DNA of 64,000 bases, taken from positions 1-64,000 of IMG/VR virus record IMGVR_UViG_2687453622_000001; one strand, given 5' to 3'. Below are positions 57,711 to 64,000 of this stretch, in pieces. Every line of letters begins with the position of its first letter. Within the stretch, counting starts at the first letter, position 1. The notes under the pieces are model-generated. The model made no database searches. It worked only from the letters and a program-made list of their open reading frames with translations, and was not told the origin of the DNA. The DNA is from a virus. Taxonomy: Duplodnaviria > Caudoviricetes. Both the position numbers and the translations under genes were made by a program.

Positions 57711-58217
57711 TCAGACGGCGGCTTCGATGGCGAGGCGCGACAGTTCCGCCGAGTCGAACGCATGTTCGGCGATCCCCTTGCCGAGGGTGACGGTCACGCC
57801 GCCGGACCGGCCCGGCTGGTATTTCACGCCGTCCGGTATCTCTCCCCCGTGTTCGCGGATGAGACGTTCGAGGAAACGTTCGCCCATGGCGTTCGGGGTC
57901 GGGTAGTTGACGGTGATGACGGCCGGCTGCCCCTCGCAGTCCAGTCCATAGTGGCTGAGGAAGTCCGCGTAGGCGAGCGGATCGTCCACCTTGTAGGAGC
58001 CTTCCCCGTCCCTTTTCACGAGCACGGTGGCCGCGTCGAGGCCGGCGAACACCGCGTTCTCCCTCGGACTGTCCGCGTCATGCGTGCGAAGATACTGGCG
58101 TTTCGCCCCGTCCAGCGCCTTCGTGATCTTCTTCTGGAGGATGGCCAGTCCGGCCATGTGGGCGAGCAGCATGTCGGGCGTCATCTCCGACCAGTCGTAT
58201 GGTTCGATGCCTGTCAT
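57711..58217 (-). CDS. hypothetical phage-type protein
   Basis: YKVDDP.A..DFL, GEIPDGV; RBS GAAAGGA. Confidence 0.65.
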   Translation of the reverse strand: MTGIEPYDWSEMTPDMLLAHMAGLAILQKKITKALDGAKRQYLRTHDADSPRENAVFAGLDAATVLVKRDGEGSYKVDDPLAYADFLSHYGLDCEGQPAVITVNYPTPNAMGERFLERLIREHGGEIPDGVKYQPGRSGGVTVTLGKGIAEHAFDSAELSRLAIEAAV

Positions 58218-58269
58218 GGGTTGGTTCCTTTCCGTCCCGCGCACGATGCGCGGGCCTGTGTTCCAGAAC

Positions 58270-58343
58270 CGCGTATGCGTCCCCGTCCGTGACGCATACG
58301 CGCCCGTATGGCCGGAAATCGGTGGAATTCCGGCCATACGGGC
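58270..58343. promoter_or_regulatory. two adjacent stem-loops containing the GGGGACGCATAC motif
   Basis: CGCGTATGCGTC..GACGCATACGCG and GCCCGTATGGCCGGAA..TTCCGGCCATACGGGC. Confidence 0.55.
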
Positions 58344-58476
58344 GATGCTAGGGCTAACGCTGCGGTAAGCCCCGCCACCCGTCAGGATGGCGGGCGGACC
58401 CCGACGAAGCGCGAACCAAGCGGCGGCGGAAACCGCGCAAGACTTGGAGCGGACGGCCGCGGGACCGTCCTGCAAG

Positions 58477-58800
58477 CTAGGGCGAACCAGCCTGCAACGG
58501 CGCTCCCACCGGCCGTCCGCGCCTCTTTCCCGCTTCCCGCGTGTATCGGATGATGGGGGCGGGGGCGAGCAGGCCCGCCGTCAGGACGATGAGCCCGATC
58601 CCGATCCCCATGGGCCGGGGTATGGGCGCGGACGTGAGGAACACGCCCCACATGATCCACCACATGGGCGTGATCGCGAGCATGAGGGTCCTGCATCGTC
58701 TCAGGACGCGCACGTCCGGGTCGGCGCGCCGCATGCGCCGTCGTCGTCGCGTGCCGCCGCTCACCCGCACGGGCCGCACGGTTGTCGTCTCGTCGTCCAT
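58477..58800 (-). CDS. small 2-TM protein
   Basis: Two hydrophobic segments; follows the sortase gene. Confidence 0.55.
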   Translation of the reverse strand: MDDETTTVRPVRVSGGTRRRRRMRRADPDVRVLRRCRTLMLAITPMWWIMWGVFLTSAPIPRPMGIGIGLIVLTAGLLAPAPIIRYTREAGKRRGRPVGAPLQAGSP

Positions 58801-58809
58801 GCGCGCCGC

Positions 58810-59874
58810 CTATGCGCCCGTCATGGACGGGCCGGTGGAGAACAGGGGGATCGTCGCGTCGAGCCAGGGGCTGAGCCACGCCCATTCGGCGAACAGGATC
58901 ATGGTCCAGAACAGGCTGAAGAGGATGATCCGCAATGGGACGGGTCCCGTCTGGATGCGCCAGGCGAGGGTCAGCGGGTTCCATGTGGGTTCGCTCCGGG
59001 GCCTGCCCCCATGCCATATGAGCCATGCGAGGCCGGCGAGCAGGAGCCAGGCGCCGCCCGCGGCGGCGGCGAGGATGCGGCTGACGGGCATGCGCACGCT
59101 TATGCGGCGTATGACGCGGCTGGCCGCCATGCGCGCCCTGACGGCGGGTCTCGAGGTCCCGTCGGCGAGTTCGGCGGGGATCCCGTCCCCCACGTCCGAC
59201 CATGATTCGAGGCGGCCTCGTATGATGAGGCGCGCGGACAGGCTGTCGGCCTCGTCGAGCGACCATTTGCAGGTGGTGAGCGTGATCGAGCGGGTGTCCC
59301 CCTGACCGGGCTGGTCGGCGACGACCGCGACGTCGTCGGGCGTGGTCATCCAGGATGACTGCACCTTGTACACGTACCAGTGCCGGGCGGTCTGGATGAC
59401 GATCGGGTCGCCGGGCTGCAATGTGTCGGCGGCCCCCAGGTCGCCGGGCGTGCGGTGTCCCGCGTACGCGCTGTTGCCTTTCCCGCCGGGCATGGGCGTG
59501 TGCCCGTAGTGGCCTATCCCCTGGTTGGCGAGCACGTCCGTGCCGGTGCCTTCCTGGATGGCGCGTTTCCAGTCGTGGCCGAACCGGGGTATCCACATCC
59601 AGCCGATGACGGCGCCGTGGCCGGGTTCGGTTTCGGCCGGCGGGTCGCCGCCCCGGGGTTCGGCGATCCGGGTCGCGTCGCCCGCATCCACGTCCTTGAC
59701 GCCGTGGCGGACGGCGAGGGTCTGCTGCGTGTGGATGCCGTCGAACGCGTCCCCCCACCATACCCAGCCGACGTGGAACGCGCACAGGATGGCGAGCGTG
59801 AGGCTCAGCCCGGACACGAATTGGAGGATGCGGCGTCCCGTGCGGGCGCGTGGGCGCGTGTGCCGGCCGGTCAA
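58810..59874 (-). CDS. class E sortase with C-terminal TM extension
   Basis: N-terminal TM, IPRFG, AYAGHR, ITLTTC, RLIIRG. Confidence 0.88.
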   Translation of the reverse strand: MTGRHTRPRARTGRRILQFVSGLSLTLAILCAFHVGWVWWGDAFDGIHTQQTLAVRHGVKDVDAGDATRIAEPRGGDPPAETEPGHGAVIGWMWIPRFGHDWKRAIQEGTGTDVLANQGIGHYGHTPMPGGKGNSAYAGHRTPGDLGAADTLQPGDPIVIQTARHWYVYKVQSSWMTTPDDVAVVADQPGQGDTRSITLTTCKWSLDEADSLSARLIIRGRLESWSDVGDGIPAELADGTSRPAVRARMAASRVIRRISVRMPVSRILAAAAGGAWLLLAGLAWLIWHGGRPRSEPTWNPLTLAWRIQTGPVPLRIILFSLFWTMILFAEWAWLSPWLDATIPLFSTGPSMTGA

Positions 59875-60212
59875 CGCTCCCCCTCGTCCCCATGGCGTCC
59901 GAGGGTCTGTGTGACCGCGTCGAGGATGACGAGGTCCGCGTATCCGGGCGCGTCGGGGAAGGGGAACATGGCCTTGTAGGCGAGGTCGGGCCGGGCGACG
60001 AGGTTCCTGGCGGCGAGCCCGTCGAGGACGAGTCTGACGATCTTGCGGAACGCGGGCATCGTGTCCTTGGGGTCGAGGGGGATCATGATCCCGTTCGCCG
60101 CGTCGTATTCGCGTGCCAGCTGTTCGCGCAATCGTAGGATCTGCGGGTCGTGGCTGACGTAGTCCCAGTTCACGGCGTGCGTGTATTTGTCCCTGACCAG
60201 ATCGTCGCCCAT
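59871..60212 (-). CDS. hypothetical protein
   Basis: RBS GGAGG; coupled to sortase. Confidence 0.65.
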   Translation of the reverse strand: MGDDLVRDKYTHAVNWDYVSHDPQILRLREQLAREYDAANGIMIPLDPKDTMPAFRKIVRLVLDGLAARNLVARPDLAYKAMFPFPDAPGYADLVILDAVTQTLGRHGDEGER

Positions 60213-60510
60213 GGGCGGCCTCCCCTTCCCTTGTCCCGTGTCCGGCGCGGCCCGGCGGGCGCGTCGGATGCTTTCGCGTGAGGGTATGCGTTCCGGTGCG
60301 TGGGGTCTGGCCGGGGTGTCGTGTGGCGTTTTTCGACCGGGTTGACGAGGCTGATGTCCCCGCGACGCGGGTGGACGATGATCTTCGTGAACTCGCGTAC
60401 CGACTTCGGCGTGATGCCGGTGAAAATGATGAAGCCCACCTTGGCCGAGGTTTTCGATTAGCCGTGTTCCGGACCGTCCGGTTCTCCCCCGATGCGATTC
60501 GTGCGGCGGT

Positions 60511-61065
60511 TCACTGCTTGTGCGTCTTCCGGCACAGATCGAGCATGGGGCGCAGGTCCGGGCTGCCGCCCTCGCGTTCGATCCGCACCGTATGCGCGGC
60601 CAATGGCAGCAGCCGTTCCAGGTTCGAATCCATGGTCTTACGATTCAGGACACCGTCCCAATCGGCGGTGATGCGGCGGAACGCATTGTGGAATTGCTCC
60701 ACCACGACGAACCTGTCGACATCGGAACCATACACGATCTCCGGTGTTTCCGGCATGCGCCCCGAAGCGAGCTCATAGTCCCCCGCCTGTCCGTCAAGCA
60801 GTCGGGCGAGGACGATGGCGTTGTCTTCGAACCTGTCCGCCGGCAGGCCGAGCGCCCGCATCCCGTTCGCCGCCCACTCATGGTCGACGGAGGGGAGGCG
60901 CCATGGGCAGCCGCCTCCGTTCAGGTGGAGCTCGTACCCGTATACGTCCTTCAGGACCTTCGCGGCGGTCTCCCGAGGATGGTCCTTTTGCATCCGATGC
61001 CATGCGCGTAAGGCTTCGCACAGCATCGCGTAACAGCCGTTCAGCTCCTCGTCACGGACGCCCAT
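60511..61065 (-). CDS. hypothetical protein
   Basis: MGVRDEELNG...; RBS GAGGGG. Confidence 0.65.
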   Translation of the reverse strand: MGVRDEELNGCYAMLCEALRAWHRMQKDHPRETAAKVLKDVYGYELHLNGGGCPWRLPSVDHEWAANGMRALGLPADRFEDNAIVLARLLDGQAGDYELASGRMPETPEIVYGSDVDRFVVVEQFHNAFRRITADWDGVLNRKTMDSNLERLLPLAAHTVRIEREGGSPDLRPMLDLCRKTHKQ

Positions 61066-61492
61066 CGACGGTCCCCCTCCCGTCGGATCCGGCATTCCCG
61101 CCGGCAACCAACCTGATTATCGTATCGGCCGTTTGCGCGGATTCGAGCAGCGTCTCCTCGCAATCCGCGAACTCCTCCAGCCGCTCCCAGAACATGTCCA
61201 GTTCCGGATCCGTGTCGGGTTCCGGATCGTATTCGAGATCGATGTCCTGTTCGTCGGCCGCCCGCCTCTTGCATCCCTCGAACCATTCCGTCTCCGAGGC
61301 CCATAATTCGTAGGCGAGCCGTCGAGCATCCCTGGCCGCCTTCGCGTAGGCGGCCAGGGCCTTCGCCAGTTCGGCGCGCTTGCGCCTGCTTGGCTTGAAC
61401 AGCCGGTCAACCCTGTCCGCGAACCGGCGCCACTTCAGCTGATCCTCGAGGGAACCGTCGTCGGGAATGCCGGTCATGTCGAATACGCTCAC
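61052..61492 (-). CDS. hypothetical acidic protein
   Basis: 146-aa coupled ORF. Confidence 0.6.
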   Translation of the reverse strand: MSVFDMTGIPDDGSLEDQLKWRRFADRVDRLFKPSRRKRAELAKALAAYAKAARDARRLAYELWASETEWFEGCKRRAADEQDIDLEYDPEPDTDPELDMFWERLEEFADCEETLLESAQTADTIIRLVAGGNAGSDGRGTVDGRP

Positions 61493-61755
61493 TTTTCCCC
61501 CGATCGTCCGGCCCCGTCGATGCTCCGTCCGAGACGGCGGATGTCATCCCGGACGTCGGCGGCCGCCAATGAGAACGCGGCGACCGGTCCGCATATCGCG
61601 CAGACCGCGTGCAGGCCGGACGGGAGCCTCGGGACGCCGAAGCCCGGCCGGTCGCAAAGGAACGCCGCCAGCGCCGCGGCCAGGGTGACGGCGAACGCGA
61701 TCGCGCCGACCGTCAGCAGGCGGCCCAATCCGATGAATCGCATCAAACCACGCAT
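61489..61755 (-). CDS. small 2-TM protein
   Basis: Hydrophobic segments; RBS GAGGAGG. Confidence 0.55.
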   Translation of the reverse strand: MRGLMRFIGLGRLLTVGAIAFAVTLAAALAAFLCDRPGFGVPRLPSGLHAVCAICGPVAAFSLAAADVRDDIRRLGRSIDGAGRSGEK

Positions 61756-62054
61756 GAGTTCCTCCTCCCTCTTCCCATACGGGATGGGTGTTCGTATCGG
61801 ATGGGCGCCAGCACGCCGGCCCGCCCCAATGCCTCGCTTAACAGGTCGTATGCGAGGAACCTCTCATATTCGTGGAGGACGCTTGGAGGCTCGTCGTACT
61901 GGACGTGCGAGCATCCGCTCCAGCATCCGTGCAGATGCCAGTCCAACGCGGTGAACCAGCGGCCGCACGAGCATTGGGACTTGAACGGACGCTCCGGATC
62001 CGTGACGCCCGTATCCCGGTGCAGGATGAACGTGGATAGCTCAGTGGACATCAA
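61743..62054 (-). CDS. small Cys-containing protein
   Basis: CSCG..CWSGC; coupled ORF. Confidence 0.5.
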   Translation of the reverse strand: MMSTELSTFILHRDTGVTDPERPFKSQCSCGRWFTALDWHLHGCWSGCSHVQYDEPPSVLHEYERFLAYDLLSEALGRAGVLAPIRYEHPSRMGRGRRNSCVV

Positions 62055-62605
62055 TTCCTCTGTTCCTTCAACGCCTCGCGTACCGTGACCTGCGGTTTCA
62101 GAGCATTGCCCTTCCCTTCGGTGACGGTGACGTGAGGCCGGTCCAGGATGATCTGGCCGTAGACGACGTGACCATCCTTGATATAGCGGACGTCGATGGT
62201 CTGTCTATCGGATACGGATGGCCATCCACGAGAATCCGGCAACGGTTCATCGCAGGAACGGGAACCGAAGAAAGTGTCGCACTCCCCCAACCCCTGTATC
62301 CCGTACACGCGCTCCACCGTCGCGTCGAAACCGGGAGCCTGCGAAACCCCGTCCATGGACGGGAGCCAAGACAACATCAGGAACAGGCATTGGGCCACTA
62401 TCATGCAGATGATGCCGGATAATACCGGTGTGGTCCCGGTGTACGAACGATCCGGCTTCGCCCCTCCCGTGAACCACGGAACCACGACCAGAACGGCGCC
62501 TGTCAGGGCGATTCCGATTATCAGTATGCTCGCCCAGAGAGGGAGCGACTGTCCCGACATCTCTTCCGCATCAATCCAAACAGTGAAATCAGTCATTCGC
62601 CTCAT
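62051..62605 (-). CDS. membrane protein (2 TM)
   Basis: Two N-terminal TM helices. Confidence 0.6.
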   Translation of the reverse strand: MRRMTDFTVWIDAEEMSGQSLPLWASILIIGIALTGAVLVVVPWFTGGAKPDRSYTGTTPVLSGIICMIVAQCLFLMLSWLPSMDGVSQAPGFDATVERVYGIQGLGECDTFFGSRSCDEPLPDSRGWPSVSDRQTIDVRYIKDGHVVYGQIILDRPHVTVTEGKGNALKPQVTVREALKEQRN

Positions 62606-62877
62606 CCCCCGTCATCGATGCGCCTGCCGGTTCCTCGCCATGCGCAGCTCACCTCCATCCAGACGAGCCCATGCTCGTCCACGATCGTCCTGAACTCGTC
62701 CACCCGCCACCGGAACGCGGCTGAATCGACCTTGAACGTCTCGCGACCGCCGTCACGCAATGGTTCGAACAGTCGGTCGGCTTCGGCGCGCGTGGCGAAG
62801 CCGACCGGCCATGGAATCCACCGGCCGGGATAATCGGCTAGCCGGCGGGCCAGTTCCTCGTATCGCCTATCGTCCAT
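62602..62877 (-). CDS. hypothetical protein
   Basis: MDDRRYEELARRL..PGRW. Confidence 0.55.
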   Translation of the reverse strand: MDDRRYEELARRLADYPGRWIPWPVGFATRAEADRLFEPLRDGGRETFKVDSAAFRWRVDEFRTIVDEHGLVWMEVSCAWRGTGRRIDDGG

Positions 62878-63187
62878 CGGTCTTCTTCTTGTCATTTGGC
62901 TTGTAGTCGCGGACGATGAGGATCATCCAGCCGAAGCACGGGAGCATCCGGTATTCGCCGTACCGGGTCAGGGCGGCCGCCAGGCGTTCCGCGCCGGGGC
63001 GGGTGGTCCATTCCTTTGAGTCCTCGTCGTAGTCCTCGGCGATCCAACCCTTCTTCAGCAGCCCGTAATGCGCCTTCTTCCACGCCCGGCTGACGATCGC
63101 GGCGAACAGGCTGCCGGCCAGCCAGAGCAATAGGATTCCCAATACGATCATGAACGGGGTGGCCACGCCCAGCCAGTAGCCGGACAT
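62867..63187 (-). CDS. membrane protein
   Basis: MSGYWLGVATPF hydrophobic N-terminus. Confidence 0.55.
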   Translation of the reverse strand: MSGYWLGVATPFMIVLGILLLWLAGSLFAAIVSRAWKKAHYGLLKKGWIAEDYDEDSKEWTTRPGAERLAAALTRYGEYRMLPCFGWMILIVRDYKPNDKKKTDGR

Positions 63188-63480
63188 CAGACGCGCCCCA
63201 GCCGGTGCAGGGCCTCGGCGGCGTGGATGCGCGCCTGTTCGCCGCCCGCTCCCCCACTGGCGTTCATAGCCGTCTCGTTTTCGGCCGGCGTGGCGAACGT
63301 CGCGGGCTCGTCCCGGCATACCAGGCGGGCGAACGCCCTCGCCTCCCCGTCCGACAGCACGACCCGGCCCTCCGACCCCTCGCGCATGCCGGCGACCGTC
63401 CACAGGCCGGACTTCGGATCGCGCCACGCGCGCCCCCATTCGCCGAGGAAATGATATCCCTCCGGAACATGCAGACCCAT
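63187..63480 (-). CDS. hypothetical protein
   Basis: RBS AAGGAGG; preceded by a GACGCATAC motif. Confidence 0.6.
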   Translation of the reverse strand: MGLHVPEGYHFLGEWGRAWRDPKSGLWTVAGMREGSEGRVVLSDGEARAFARLVCRDEPATFATPAENETAMNASGGAGGEQARIHAAEALHRLGRV

Positions 63481-63592
63481 GCGGACCCCTCCTTATTCGA
63501 AACGACGATTCCCGGTCGGCGAAGGGTATGCGTCACGTCGGCTCCGACCGTCTCCGTGGCGCGGCCGTGCGGATCGGGACGATCCCACGCGG

Positions 63593-63880
63593 TCAGCGCG
63601 CGAGGCCCCGCATCCGGACGGCGGCGTCGATGCGACGGCGCCGCATGTTCCGGCGCGCCAGATCGCGCCGTTCCTCCGGGGTCATGCCGCCCCAGATCCC
63701 GTACTGTTCGCCCGTCTCCAACGCCTGGCGGAGGCATTCGGCCCGCACCGGGCAGGACAGGCACGCCTGTTTCGCGATCTCGGTCATCTCGCGCGCGTAC
63801 GCCCCGTCTCCGACCGGGTAGAAGATGTCGGGCTCCAGCCGCGAGCATGCGGCGCGCCCCCTCCAGTCGGACCCTTTCAT
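63593..63880 (-). CDS. WhiB-family Fe-S transcriptional regulator
   Basis: WRGRAAC..DIFY..AKQACLSCPVRAEC..YGIWGG..ER; marks an actinobacterial host. Confidence 0.93.
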   Translation of the reverse strand: MKGSDWRGRAACSRLEPDIFYPVGDGAYAREMTEIAKQACLSCPVRAECLRQALETGEQYGIWGGMTPEERRDLARRNMRRRRIDAAVRMRGLAR

Positions 63881-64000
63881 GCCGTGCCCCCTCCCGGTCA
63901 CCGGCGCACGGCCGGTTCGATGAATTCGAGACGGGGCACGGGGCCGCGCGTCCTGTCACGGACCATGCGGATCGCCGTGGCGACCGTCCGCCATGGCAGG

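Noticed and set aside
18123-64000. Prophage
   Set aside because: No capsid, terminase, portal, tail or lysin genes recognised; sortases and TA/R-M cargo fit an ICE or megaplasmid better, though no conjugation genes are in the window

Overview
High-GC, actinobacterial (Bifidobacterium-like by gene content; inferred) mobile-element DNA with no housekeeping genes, rRNA, complete tRNA or CRISPR array. Left part (1-16.6 kb): two IS21 elements, an att-like site built on the 3' half of tRNA-Pro, and a decayed defence island (SNF2 helicase, DUF4391, Xre/IrrE pair, collapsed type III mod/res, intact TM+TIR pair), followed by a sortase C fragment, an excisionase and a frameshifted integrase. A dif-like 28-mer lies between that integrase and a second, intact, divergent integrase. 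Right part (18-64 kb): a long, almost all minus-strand run of small ICE/megaplasmid-type genes. It includes DNA methyltransferases, HipBA, an MmeI-type R-M enzyme, Panacea-GNAT TA, an RloAB-like pair, ATP-grasp, MazG-like, FemABX, ASCH, NT5C, RNA ligase, sortase E and WhiB, and is interrupted by two TnpB-carrying IS200/IS605 elements and two miniature derivatives. The most striking unexplained signals are a 12-bp motif (GGGGACGCATRC) that sits in sense orientation just upstream of about 13 gene starts, and a 400-bp non-coding nested inverted-repeat array (52.9-53.3 kb) built from a one-base variant of the same motif. All product calls come from motif recognition by eye; no database searches were run.
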